A stretch of 64,000 nucleotides of DNA from Craspedostauros australis (lineage: Eukaryota): the NCBI GenBank assembly GCA_030167865.1, contig JALAGF010003843.1:1-64000 (forward strand), read 5' to 3'. The position numbers and the translations under genes were made by a program. The notes under the pieces were generated by a model, which saw only the letters and a list, made by a program, of their open reading frames with translations, was not told where the DNA came from and made no database searches. This document shows positions 23,237 through 33,876 of the stretch, one piece after another; the stretch's first letter is position 1; every line of letters starts with the position of its first letter.

Positions 23237-24114
23237 CTAATTCATTTTCGAGTTATCGATGGGCGACAGAAGGTTGGAGATCCAGTTGCCGATGGAAAGA
23301 CCCGACGGCTTGGACTGGTTGACGGCGATCTCGATGGGATCGTCGCGGTACACCTTGAGGTTGAATCCGTACTCGAACTCGGCCTCGAATCCCTTGAGCT
23401 TGGGATACTGGCGGACGATGGATTGTTGCAACCCCTCCGTGTTGGCAAAGATGGCGTCGCTGACCTGCGCCCCGCGTGGCACGGCGATGCTGCCGCATGG
23501 CAACCAGCTCTCGTCGTCGCTGCCGAACTGTCGCACGTAGATGGCGTACTCCTGCCCACCCGTCTGGGTCAGCTCATCATACTTGGACGACTGCTGCTCG
23601 CGCTTGATCTGGCCCTGCGATTTGTCGTCCTTCTTGCTGACGTTGGTGTCCTCGTTCGAGAATCCTTTGGCGGCGAGGCTGTGGTATACATTACATTGCG
23701 GTGGTATGCAGTGGAAAATGTGGATGCAATTGAACATGGAGTTGAACATGGAGTTGAACATGGAGTTGAACATGGCATGAGAAAGGAACGAACGTGAGAT
23801 GCGTCAGAGCGATGGCTTCCATCTGCGACCACGAGTATTCGCATGGTAACGAATGTAATAATCCTGGATCACTTCAAGCAACGCCATCATCATCAGCTGC
23901 TGCTGTGAAAGCATTGCATTCATCTATTCTTCCCTTGTGGCAACATTCGCATTGCGTAGAGTCACTATCACGAGGGCGACGTTGAACGCACGCACCTTGT
24001 GGCGGCCGAGACGGTCCTTGATGGTGTCTGCGTAACTATGAAGGACGATGCCAGTGGCATTGCCGCAGCAGCGACAGCAGCAACGGAGACGATGGTAGAT
24101 GTGGCGGACTTCAT
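23237..24114 (-). CDS. Plastid-targeted HHL1-like protein; exons 24114-23996 and 23678-23237
   Basis: Exon 1 encodes a signal peptide ending in an ASAFAP-like ASS|FIV motif. A GT(23995)..AG(23679) intron joins in frame to SLAAKGF. The mature part (KYDEL..QEYAIYVR..WLPCGSIAVPR..VSDAIFAN..YPKLK..EYGFNLK..DDPIEIAV) matches the cyanobacterial/plant HHL1-like family pattern. Confidence 0.8.
23730..23775. repeat. 12-nt tandem repeat (TTGAACATGGAG) x ~4 inside intron
   Basis: Visible directly. It explains the spurious MFNS repeats at the start of the ORF-track translation. Confidence 0.9.
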
Positions 24115-24655
24115 TCTTTCGGTGTGGACAGTGACTTGAATTTGGTGGAACTGTTGTACTCGTATGCAGAGTGGTTGAGGGAGGCTCGTGAGGGTTCTAT
24201 TGTGGTTATTGTATTTGTGACTGTCCTCAACCTTTCCTTCTCTCTTCCTGGGCTCCATTCACAGCAACAACAACCACCATGACGCTGTCGAAACCGTCTT
24301 CCACCATCTATCGCCTCTTTCTCTCTCTCTCTCTGACAACGACCCTGCTGTCGCCACGAAGAGGCAACGACAGCGACAACACATCAGACGATGCGACGCA
24401 GCGCAAACGAGCGTGTTGTTTTGTGTGATGTGTTCAAACACGTCATTATCGACTCGTTCGATCCTAAAGGGTATCTTCCCATTCGTGACGTCACTCATGT
24501 CCAATCAAATGAAAAAACAAAGCGAACCGAACGCGACATCTATGGACATTTTCGTTTTGACACCAAGAGACACAAGTGAACATCATGGGAGATGGCGGTT
24601 GTGCAGCGCGGGAGCAGCCCAGAGCCATGAGCTGTGGTGATGAGAAGCCTTGCTG

Positions 24656-27600
24656 ATGGGCATTGACACACAAGGCAGCAAAGCGGATCCAACGGCGACA
24701 ACAGCAGCAACGGCAATGGCAACAAAAGAGAAGGAAGAACGGACACGGAACGTGCCCCCTCCGACTCGGATCTTCCATGATCGCTCCTCTCGCACAACGG
24801 CTCTCCACGACCACCCAACGCTGCCGCGAAGTCGACCAAAGAGCGAACCAACGTGCCAATCAACCGCCCGCAAGTACCGCTGCGCCACGCAAACCGCAAA
24901 GATGACCGCATATTCCCAACGCCAAATGGAGACGATGAGCCGCGACATCCAATTCCCCTTCTCCAAGCTCTCGCAGCAGCATGTCGACAGCCAGCTCGCC
25001 ATGATCCGCACCCACGTGGCGCAACCCATCACGGCGAGCATTGCGGAGCCAGCGTGGATCGAGGGCGGCCACGTCCTGGTCGGCAACAAGTACCACGCCG
25101 CCAGTCTGCCGCAGAACCAGAACCGATGGAACGTGTCGGCCGTCCTCAACTGCGCTTCCGGTGGCATTTCGCGGCTCCCGGTGGATCGCATGAAGGAGCA
25201 GGGCATCCGGTATCAATTCACCAACGTGCAGCAAGACAACTACTCCTATCCCATTCTATTTGATCCCAAGACCGGCAATCCGTCTCAGCATCTCATCAAG
25301 GCAAAGTCTCTCTATGAGTCCATCGTTCTCCCCAGCCTCAATGGGAGCACGTCCAATGACGATACCGCGGATGAAGCAATGGGCATGAACATCGACAATG
25401 ACGACGACAATGACAATGACGACAATGACAGCAACAACAACGACAGTACGACGATTGCACAAGACGTATCACCCAACGGCCGCGCGCTCTTCTTTTGTGT
25501 TGCCGGCCAGAACCGATCCGCGACGTTGGCGATTGCGGTCATGATGCTGTTCGGCCATTCGCTGCAGGATATGGTCATCAGCCTTTCCAAATCGAGGCCG
25601 TTCGTGTTGGAGAATGTGGGATTCCAGCGTCAGCTTGTCGAACTGGAGGGCATCTTGGCGGATCCAAGCAGCCAAAAGGTCCGACTGTCCCCTGCGTCCA
25701 CCATGTTCGCCTACGGTACGTCTCCGGATAGGCTGCAAGAAATCACGGCGTCGTTGTCAAAGCCAGTGCCCTCCGTGTCACTAGGCTCAGCAGCGGCGGC
25801 GGTGGCAGCTGCAGCGATGGCGGCGATGACCACAGTCATGACTGCAAGTTCAACGACGACATCATCGACATCGTCGACAGCAGCAGAAGTATCAGCAGGA
25901 GCTGCTGCGACCATCGTTTCGTCAACGGTGCCCTCGGATTCACCCACATCAAAAGCGAGACGGCCACTGCTCAACCAGCAACTGTCCTCCTCCGAGCTGC
26001 TTCGGGAGACCGGCATGGTCGAAGTGGAGTTGCTCATCCCTGGTCTTTGCACGTTGGAGGCCCAAATACCTCAAGTATGCTCCATCCAAACGGTCAAAAA
26101 GTGCCTCGTCGAGTACGCCAACCAGGACCTTCTGGCGTACACAGAACCAACGTCCCTGCGTGTCGCAAAGTCCTGGCTCGTCCTCGCAATGTTCGGTTAC
26201 GACGACATGTACGACTTCCCGTTGGAAGATGAGGTCATGGAACGCTCCGTGCAGCTGGCACGCATCGAGTCCATGTTCGGGCTGCGAGTCCAATACCCCA
26301 AAAAGCGATCGCTGGCCGCCTTCTCTGCGTCGCACCGATCCATCAGCCAGCAACGGCTGTCTTCGCTGTACATTCAGCGTCAGCCTTCGTCTGGCCAGAT
26401 GGCGCAGAATGAATCCCACCACGAGCCCATGGTCGAGTGGTCATCCAAGTGCCGATTCGGCTTGGCCGTCTTTTCCACCTACCAGCAAATTCCCAAAGCA
26501 ATCGAAACCAAACACGTTGGGCGGACACCAAGTATGGCCAGTCCAGAAGTCATGGACACCACAAACGGAGCACCAGCAGGAACAGGAGCAAACGAACAAG
26601 CAGAAGAAGATGCCGATCTGTACGACCGCATCGAGCAACCATGGATATTCATCCACGAGGAGAGGCCTGGCGCGCCGGCGACCTTCTTGGAGAACACGCT
26701 GATGAGCACCCATCTGCGAGGATGGGACTTCGTCACTGGTCAATCCTACTGCTCCAAGCAACCCATCGTATTCTCATTCTCTCCCGATCCCAGAGACAAG
26801 CGCCAATTCATGCGCATCTCCACGAGCGCCAATGAGCCGGTCCAATTCCATGCACCGGGAGAAGGTGGCATCCTCGGCATGGGTGGCAATGCCATCGTGC
26901 ACCGGGTAGAGCTCAAGCCGATCCTGGAATCGACCAACCGGCTTGATCCTATGCTCGAAGTCATGTCCACCGCCAGCAACGATGGCAAGTGCAGTGACGA
27001 TGGGAATGACCTCGACAAGATTAACGCCAATGGCGCTGTTGGTAGTACTACTCGCACTGATGGCAACGGGTCGTACATACCGAGCGAATCAGAGGCGGCC
27101 GGTGTTGCACCAATGATGGTGGAACAAGGCGCGGAGAAGAAGTTCGGGAGCAGCCCCAATCGACTGTCCGCAATGCTCGCCACACGAGCGCAGATGGATG
27201 GCAGCGGGCCCATCCCGCCCTGCTGGGATGCGGCTGTCAAGCGTCACTTCAGTCTCGAGAAGATGATCGCGTCGCTTGAGAATCAATCCGAAGCCGGCCT
27301 GGCCAAGCGCTTGCGTCTCGCCAACTCTCTCAACTCCGACGGACGCGTTGTGGAGTTTTACGGTCTTGGCATTGCCTTGGCCGCCAACGCCTACAAGAAG
27401 GGAGAGTACAAATTCGAGGCAACCTTGTTGGCGCGTTACGAGGAGGAATTCTCCACCTACACGCTGCGCAAATTCATGGAGGACTACACTTTCCAGTTGG
27501 ACAGGTTCGACGACGGGACTCCGCAGGAGCGCGAAAAGATAGAGCAGTTGCAGGCTGACTTTTCATTAATCAAGGTGAAAGTGCTGCTAGTCAACCTCCT

Positions 27601-28123
27601 GAACGGATTCCGCGACCTCACCTTGATGGGCGTCCAGGCATTCGATTTCAACCATCTCAACAACGTCCTGATATCGCGCGATCAACGCACGGTGCGATTG
27701 ATCGACATCGATGGCGACTCCAAGGGCTCCATCCAGGTGGACGATGAGTACATGCAGGGAAGGCCGGAGCGATCCGCACCGCACAAGCCATCGTTGGATG
27801 TGGATCTAAACACGGTGCTTCCGACCATGGTTCAGCAGCTGATCCTGGGCAAGGGTCGTGGACGTTCCTTCGTCACCAACACGGTGTCAGAAGTGTGGAG
27901 GGCGTCGCCCGAGGATGGTAAGAGGCGCATCCGTGAGGTGCTGAAAGAAAACTTCTTCTCCGGCGACACCATGAGCAAGGATGCGATGTTCAAGATCGAG
28001 AAGCACACACGCAAAGTGTCGGAGTGGTTCTACTGCATGCTCAAGAAGCATGAACCGTGGAATACGTGGACCAGGGACATTTATGACGCCATGAGGTGCA
28101 TTGATCATCTGCCAATTTCATAG
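24656..28123 (+). CDS. Dual-specificity protein phosphatase fused to a C-terminal atypical protein-kinase-like domain
   Basis: DSP part: VLVGN..AAS, VSAVLNCA, P-loop FCVAGQNRSAT (CX5R, ~25494-25525), RPFVLENVGFQRQL. Kinase fold: ILGMGGNAIVHRV, AAVK, RVVEFYG, LLNGFRDLTLMGVQAFDFNHLNNVLI and VRLIDIDG. Confidence 0.85.
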   Translation: MGIDTQGSKADPTATTAATAMATKEKEERTRNVPPPTRIFHDRSSRTTALHDHPTLPRSRPKSEPTCQSTARKYRCATQTAKMTAYSQRQMETMSRDIQFPFSKLSQQHVDSQLAMIRTHVAQPITASIAEPAWIEGGHVLVGNKYHAASLPQNQNRWNVSAVLNCASGGISRLPVDRMKEQGIRYQFTNVQQDNYSYPILFDPKTGNPSQHLIKAKSLYESIVLPSLNGSTSNDDTADEAMGMNIDNDDDNDNDDNDSNNNDSTTIAQDVSPNGRALFFCVAGQNRSATLAIAVMMLFGHSLQDMVISLSKSRPFVLENVGFQRQLVELEGILADPSSQKVRLSPASTMFAYGTSPDRLQEITASLSKPVPSVSLGSAAAAVAAAAMAAMTTVMTASSTTTSSTSSTAAEVSAGAAATIVSSTVPSDSPTSKARRPLLNQQLSSSELLRETGMVEVELLIPGLCTLEAQIPQVCSIQTVKKCLVEYANQDLLAYTEPTSLRVAKSWLVLAMFGYDDMYDFPLEDEVMERSVQLARIESMFGLRVQYPKKRSLAAFSASHRSISQQRLSSLYIQRQPSSGQMAQNESHHEPMVEWSSKCRFGLAVFSTYQQIPKAIETKHVGRTPSMASPEVMDTTNGAPAGTGANEQAEEDADLYDRIEQPWIFIHEERPGAPATFLENTLMSTHLRGWDFVTGQSYCSKQPIVFSFSPDPRDKRQFMRISTSANEPVQFHAPGEGGILGMGGNAIVHRVELKPILESTNRLDPMLEVMSTASNDGKCSDDGNDLDKINANGAVGSTTRTDGNGSYIPSESEAAGVAPMMVEQGAEKKFGSSPNRLSAMLATRAQMDGSGPIPPCWDAAVKRHFSLEKMIASLENQSEAGLAKRLRLANSLNSDGRVVEFYGLGIALAANAYKKGEYKFEATLLARYEEEFSTYTLRKFMEDYTFQLDRFDDGTPQEREKIEQLQADFSLIKVKVLLVNLLNGFRDLTLMGVQAFDFNHLNNVLISRDQRTVRLIDIDGDSKGSIQVDDEYMQGRPERSAPHKPSLDVDLNTVLPTMVQQLILGKGRGRSFVTNTVSEVWRASPEDGKRRIREVLKENFFSGDTMSKDAMFKIEKHTRKVSEWFYCMLKKHEPWNTWTRDIYDAMRCIDHLPIS

Positions 28124-28602
28124 CTCGTGAAGTGTGACACTCCAGTGCTACTCGTAGCACTCGCAGTACCCGGAGTGCAAATGACTGCGATGCTCGTCCT
28201 GGGAAGAGTGAAGATTTGGAAGCACAGTCCAGGCAAACGTACATACGTAGACTTCCTCCTCTGCTTTACTAAGGCGGCAAGGCCTCGCATGAGGAAGGCT
28301 GAGAAGAAACTCATCGCCTCGATGATACCAACGCACTTTGCAGAATGGAGAATATGACTATGCACAAATGGAGTACGTACGAGTATGCACAAGTCGAAGT
28401 GCTATGGCATGTGCACGTATGGTATTTACAATAGTTGGTCGTCCGTTCCGAATTGAATTGTGTTCTTCCCTTGACATGTATGTAATTCGAGTATTCGTCT
28501 GCCGTTAGCGATTGGTTGGGCGGTGGATGGATAGATGGATGAATTGGAGCGTGACATCTTCCACATACGCGCTCCACATGTAGTGCGGCACATTGTCCCT
28601 GA

Positions 28603-31600
28603 TTATGAAAACTTTGACAATCCGCCAAGTGCTGCTGCCGCCAGCCGTCGTTGTTCCGGCGTTGTATCCAGCGACACCAACCGAATGACAGCCATGGCCT
28701 GCTCTTTCGATTGGAAGCCCAGCTGTTTCCATTGCGTCTTAACTTCTTTCGGCATGAGCATGGATTCGTATCCAATATCAGACGCTTGGCTTGAAAGGCT
28801 ATCCCTTTTTGCTGCGGATGTGGTGTGTTGGGGGAAATGGCTGGTTGGCTCTTTTGCCGAAGATGCTTGTGGAGACAGCGGTGGTCTGGCGTTGCTGCTG
28901 TCCCTGTTGCGATGCTGCTTGCCATCGTCGCCAGGTGGTAGCGCTGGTGCTGATGCAGACCGCGATGACTTGTGGGAGTCGATTGAAAACCCTGCGCCAG
29001 AACCAACGGAGATCAAGGCCGGTGCAGAGACTGAATCGTCGGAGTGTGTTGGGACTGAAACCACATCACCAGTGTGTACCACGGAGAATCGCCTTGGGGA
29101 CGGTTCCAGATGCACGTTGTCATCGCGACCATCGTAGGTTGCGCTGTCGCTCTTGTTGGTATTGCTGTCAACATTTCCGGAACGGTTGCGCACGCCTGCT
29201 ACATCCCCATTGCCGCCATCACCTTCGAAATCATCCAGGGTAGACGCGTGGCTGCAGCCCTTGGGCTGCGTGCTTTCCTCCGTCGTGTCGGTGAATGCAC
29301 CTGTTGAACCCTCCAAGGGCATACGTGGATTTGCCGAGTCAGTCGAATCCGACGCCGTTGCGAGTCTGGCTGTGTCGTTGGTGTTGCGGTTGTTGTCATC
29401 GTTGACATGGATGATATCGCCCCTGCCGAAGCTCCTGGCGCGCAAGGGCGACGCTTGCTGTGGAGACGCCGTTGGCTTTGGTGATGATTGCCAAGTCTCT
29501 TGTTCAGAACTTTCACGCCTTTCAATGTTGGTGGCAGCCTTCGCAGACGCATTTTCAACAGGCTCATTTACGTGCCTGCAAACCGACACTGCCATGCTGT
29601 TGCCTTCGCTCGTGCGAGGGAATGCGTCGTTGGAAGCGCTCTTTCCATGTTGCTGCTGCTCGTCCGCGTCGCTCGCCATGTCGCTGCTGATGCGAGTGCT
29701 CAGCTTTTGGAGCGATATCGCCGTAGCCTCCTCTGCGGCAGTCAGAGTTTCGGATTCCACCCTCAAGATCGGAGGCATGGAATTGGACCGCACTGGTGAG
29801 TGACGGGGGTCTCCCAGGCTTAAGCGAGCATGGTGGTGGCTGTGATTGGCTTGGTTGTTGGTGTAATTGTAGGCCCCCTGCGCGCCGGTCTGCGCTGCAG
29901 CGAACCTCGTGGATTGGTTGCCGGAGGAATCGTTGCGTGCCTCTTGGACGCGGAGGATCTTGGGCACGAAGATGAGGACCATGACGGTGAAATTCTGCAA
30001 GAAGACGGCGCTGGAACGGACGAAGTAGAACACGTCCGTGTTGTCCTGCACCAAGGCCGAGATGGGAACAGCCAGGACGAGGACCTGGAACATGAACATG
30101 ACCGCCAACGAGATGTAGCTGCTTTCTGCCAAATCCGAGCTGATATCCTTGGTCTGGAAGCACAGGACGAGCGCATACAGAAGACACACGACGTGGAAGG
30201 TCACCAATCCCAGGTAGAACATCCATCCGTCTCCGCCTCCCGTGCAGCTTCCAACGGACTCCGTCGGCGATCCTTGGAAGGTTTCCAGGATTTCGCGCTG
30301 CCATTTCAGAGGGGATACGAGTTGCCACGACAGGAGGATGCCGACCTCGATGGCGAACATGGCCACCATGATGGGCACGACGTCGATCATGCCGACGCGT
30401 TTGCGCTGCATCTGCATGCCGGCCTGGAAGATCATCTTGACGCGCTGGATCTTTGCGAACAGCGCGGAGAATGTCACGACGAAGCCCATGCCGTACAACC
30501 ACGGCACGGCCATGCAGCTGCCATCCGCGAGACCGATATTCTCGTTGGGTTCATCCACCAACATCTGTCCCTGGTCGTTGACCTTGCTGCGGTATCCGGT
30601 CTGTATGCCCATGAAGACGATGGAGAGGCTGGAGACGAGCGTGCCGATGGCGATGAGGGCCAGGAATTGCGGTTGGCTCACTTGCACGGCCCATTTCGTG
30701 CGGTACGCCCACGTCCATCCCAACGCCAAAAGACCGGTGCAAAACAGGAGGGACGTCAGCACGTATCCCAGCATCTTCAGTGAATCCGGAATGTAGTTCA
30801 TATCTTCATCAGGAAACTCGGGACACACCTCGTACAAATTGGCTTGACACACGACTTCGTCGGGCGCTGGTGGTTTGTAGACGTAGTTGGGCCCGCTCTC
30901 GATGGTGAAGTCCAAGATGCGCTGGTTCGTGTACGCGAAGTAGGTGAGGAGGTAGACGGCCAGGTTGCCCTGGAAGAAGGGTTGCTGATCGATCCCGAAC
31001 AGAACGATGCCATCCGCGATGGCCTCGAAGATATCTTCGGATACGTCGAAGGTCGCCACGATCGCGCCGTTGCGCTTGCCTTGGATCATGGCGCGCATGG
31101 GAAGGACCTGCACGGAACCGCACAGCAGCAGACCGATGTTGTTCCAATCGCCGGACGCACCGACCGCGTTTTCGACATCGAGCTGGTACTTGGCGGCGTT
31201 GTCGGCGGCGACCGGAATCCAGCCGCCGTACTGCACCTGATCCGCGCTGTTGAGATTGTGATCACGGATGTGCGTTTCGAATCCGCGACAGCGATCCGCC
31301 GTCGCGCCGTTGCCGAGATCATGATCGAGACAGTATCCCGTCGTCATGCCGGCCTCGATCATGCGTTGGGCGGCGCCGTAGCCCGCGTTGTACTCGTCCA
31401 TGCCAATGTGATGGAAGATGCCGTTGTTGCGAGTGGTGTTCGTGCGCTGATCTGATGCCTCCGTTCCTAGTTGCCGCAGCGCGTAGGCCATGTCCTTGCC
31501 GCTGTTGACGGAAATGACGGGCACGCGCAGCTGCAGGCACTGCTCGATGGATCGCAGCAGCGTTTCGGATGGGATGGAGACGAAGATGCCGTCGACGCCC

Positions 31601-33876
31601 GATGCGCACAAGCTGGCGATGCGCGCCGCCATGAGGTCGTGCACTACCCGGCTGGCCGCATCGATTCTGGCGCCCGTGGAGTTGTCGGCCACTTCGCCAA
31701 CGGCCTGCGGTGCGTAGCGTTCCAGGTCGAGCTGGATGTTGCCGAGGTCGATGGCCGCCTGTTCGGCCGACGAGAAGACGACGTCCCAGAAGGAATCCGT
31801 CGTGACACCGTGCAGGACGCCGCCGATGCGGATCTCCTTCTCGCGGTTCATGCAGTTGCAGGACGATATGAGAGCCGGCTCGAGGGCCGAGCCATGACGG
31901 CGGATGGTCTTCGCGTACTGCGTGGTGAGGTATTCCGGGAAGAGGAGGGTGGGGGAGTAGGTGGAGAAGTCGATGGACGCGCCGCCGGGCGCGGCATCGG
32001 TGAGGCAGACCGGGAAGCTGTCCGTCTGGCATTCGACGTAGCTGTCGGTGGGTATCTTGTCCTGCGTGATGACGTTGGGTCCGACGGAGTAGAAGCCATC
32101 TTGGAGCGGCATGGAGAGCGTGGTGGACGTCGTAGCGTAGAGGGTCGCGAGCACGACGCTCATGGTGGCTTGCAGCGAGTACTGCGGATCCATGCCGAAC
32201 TGCACCTGCCCCAACGTGATGGCCGTGTAGATCTCCTGCGAGACGTCTAGTGCGATGACGGATTGGATCCTGTTCTCCTCTGAGGAGCAGCGGCCGCCGC
32301 GTTGCATCTCCTGCAGGGCGTCGAGCGTGGAGGAGACGCTGGGGAGATCGGCGATGACGACGATGTCGTACTTGCAGAAGATGGAGAACCACAGATCGAG
32401 GGCCTGGACGTTGGAGTCGTCGATCTCGACCCGGATCGTGTGGGCGTCATCTTGGACGACGACCTTGCGGTTGGGTTCCGTGAGAACGATGCGCTCCATG
32501 CGCGTGTCGGGGCTGCGTTTGCGCAGGGTCTCCTGGATGCCTACGTAGCGAGCATGGACGATGTCGCCGTTGGCCGTTCCGGTGCCCGACGTGAATTGCG
32601 CGTTGGAGGGAGGCGTGGGCTCGTAGGTGACGAAGGCGACGTAGTTGATTGGGTCCGCGTTGGTGTTGCCGTCCAGAAGGGTCTCCATGGCGCGGCGTCC
32701 GACGAGGTACTCATCGTGTCCGATCCAGGCGACGATGTTGTTGTCTTCGCGATGCAGCGGCAGGGCGTTCCTGGTGATCCTTGCCGAGTCCGCCTGCGGG
32801 CCTGCGGTTGCGTTGAGGCCGCCGGCATCGTGGTAGTAGGGCACGCTATGCATGCCGAACGTGGGGATCTCCAATTTGGGTCGCTGGTGCGAGTCGCCGT
32901 AGAGGTAGAAGTAGGGCGGCACGGCCATGATGAGCGCGTCTAGGTCGTCGCTGAAGTATTGATCGTTGGCGCGGCGCCATTCGGAGAAGTAGAAGTCGCG
33001 CATGCGCTGCTGCTGCTGCCGCTGCTGCTCTTCGGACAGAGTGGAGGCTTCGAAATTCTGCAGGGCGTTATCGGCCTGCGACTGGTGGTGCGAGGCGATG
33101 CCATCTTGGAAGACGACGAGGTCCAGGTCGACGTGGACGTCGGCAGCGGCCTGCTGCAGGCTGGCGACGATCTGGCGCCACGACAGCTGGCTCCAGTCCT
33201 GCGGCGTGGGATGCAGCAGCGGCGCGGACGAAGAGGCGGACGAGAGGCCCGCCTTGGTGCTGCGCAGCGTGTTCATGAGGGCATCGTGCTCGCTGTGAGT
33301 GAGGGAGGATGGCAGCAGCACGCGCAGTCGAACACTGGACCTGGCGATGCACGGGTCGCAGTCCAATCGGAGGTAGTCCGGTCTCTCTGGTTCAGCGCTG
33401 GGCGATGTCTTGGTTGTTGTTGTCGTCGTTGTTGTTGTTTGGGTATCATCCTGCAACCACCTCCACAGATCTGGTTGTGGTTGTGATTGTGTCTGTGATT
33501 GTGTCTGCGGCTGCTTCAGGAACTTGGGCTCTCGGTGTGGACGTGATGGAGTCGGCGATGCTGAGACACAGCAAGACGAGGCTGCTGCTGATGACAATAG
33601 CGATGATGACAACGGTGATGACAACGGTGATGACAGAAGGATGACCAGCAAGCAGAACATGGTCGGAAAGGAGCCGGTTGTCATGTTGCTCCTTCGTCCG
33701 TGTCGTTCATTAGCACGAGTACTATCCGTTGCATGATATCTGTCACATCGGCTCTCTTCTCTTCTCGTTCTGCTGCCACAAGTGGCTGCGGCTGTGGATG
33801 CAGCGGATAGTCGCACTGCTGCGACGGTGCGCAAAGGCTCCATGGTGCCGTCCTTCGTGATGCCGCTGCTCTCCAT
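28603..33876 (-). CDS. Class C GPCR with two tandem type-I periplasmic sugar-binding domains (paralogue A); start uncertain (ATG 33876 or 33684)
   Basis: Hydrophobic signal-like segment, then PBP motifs VLHGVTTDSFWDVV..AEQAA, GVDGIFVSIP, PVISVNSG, HIGMDEYNAG, RCRGF, ATFDVS and FGIDQQPFFQG. 7TM motifs QVSQPQFL, CMAVPWLYGMGF..FSALFAKIQRV, LAESSYI and LIFVPK. Confidence 0.9.
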   Translation of the reverse strand: MESSGITKDGTMEPLRTVAAVRLSAASTAAATCGSRTRREESRCDRYHATDSTRANERHGRRSNMTTGSFPTMFCLLVILLSSPLSSPLSSSLLSSAAASSCCVSASPTPSRPHREPKFLKQPQTQSQTQSQPQPDLWRWLQDDTQTTTTTTTTTKTSPSAEPERPDYLRLDCDPCIARSSVRLRVLLPSSLTHSEHDALMNTLRSTKAGLSSASSSAPLLHPTPQDWSQLSWRQIVASLQQAAADVHVDLDLVVFQDGIASHHQSQADNALQNFEASTLSEEQQRQQQQRMRDFYFSEWRRANDQYFSDDLDALIMAVPPYFYLYGDSHQRPKLEIPTFGMHSVPYYHDAGGLNATAGPQADSARITRNALPLHREDNNIVAWIGHDEYLVGRRAMETLLDGNTNADPINYVAFVTYEPTPPSNAQFTSGTGTANGDIVHARYVGIQETLRKRSPDTRMERIVLTEPNRKVVVQDDAHTIRVEIDDSNVQALDLWFSIFCKYDIVVIADLPSVSSTLDALQEMQRGGRCSSEENRIQSVIALDVSQEIYTAITLGQVQFGMDPQYSLQATMSVVLATLYATTSTTLSMPLQDGFYSVGPNVITQDKIPTDSYVECQTDSFPVCLTDAAPGGASIDFSTYSPTLLFPEYLTTQYAKTIRRHGSALEPALISSCNCMNREKEIRIGGVLHGVTTDSFWDVVFSSAEQAAIDLGNIQLDLERYAPQAVGEVADNSTGARIDAASRVVHDLMAARIASLCASGVDGIFVSIPSETLLRSIEQCLQLRVPVISVNSGKDMAYALRQLGTEASDQRTNTTRNNGIFHHIGMDEYNAGYGAAQRMIEAGMTTGYCLDHDLGNGATADRCRGFETHIRDHNLNSADQVQYGGWIPVAADNAAKYQLDVENAVGASGDWNNIGLLLCGSVQVLPMRAMIQGKRNGAIVATFDVSEDIFEAIADGIVLFGIDQQPFFQGNLAVYLLTYFAYTNQRILDFTIESGPNYVYKPPAPDEVVCQANLYEVCPEFPDEDMNYIPDSLKMLGYVLTSLLFCTGLLALGWTWAYRTKWAVQVSQPQFLALIAIGTLVSSLSIVFMGIQTGYRSKVNDQGQMLVDEPNENIGLADGSCMAVPWLYGMGFVVTFSALFAKIQRVKMIFQAGMQMQRKRVGMIDVVPIMVAMFAIEVGILLSWQLVSPLKWQREILETFQGSPTESVGSCTGGGDGWMFYLGLVTFHVVCLLYALVLCFQTKDISSDLAESSYISLAVMFMFQVLVLAVPISALVQDNTDVFYFVRSSAVFLQNFTVMVLIFVPKILRVQEARNDSSGNQSTRFAAAQTGAQGAYNYTNNQANHSHHHARLSLGDPRHSPVRSNSMPPILRVESETLTAAEEATAISLQKLSTRISSDMASDADEQQQHGKSASNDAFPRTSEGNSMAVSVCRHVNEPVENASAKAATNIERRESSEQETWQSSPKPTASPQQASPLRARSFGRGDIIHVNDDNNRNTNDTARLATASDSTDSANPRMPLEGSTGAFTDTTEESTQPKGCSHASTLDDFEGDGGNGDVAGVRNRSGNVDSNTNKSDSATYDGRDDNVHLEPSPRRFSVVHTGDVVSVPTHSDDSVSAPALISVGSGAGFSIDSHKSSRSASAPALPPGDDGKQHRNRDSSNARPPLSPQASSAKEPTSHFPQHTTSAAKRDSLSSQASDIGYESMLMPKEVKTQWKQLGFQSKEQAMAVIRLVSLDTTPEQRRLAAAALGGLSKFS

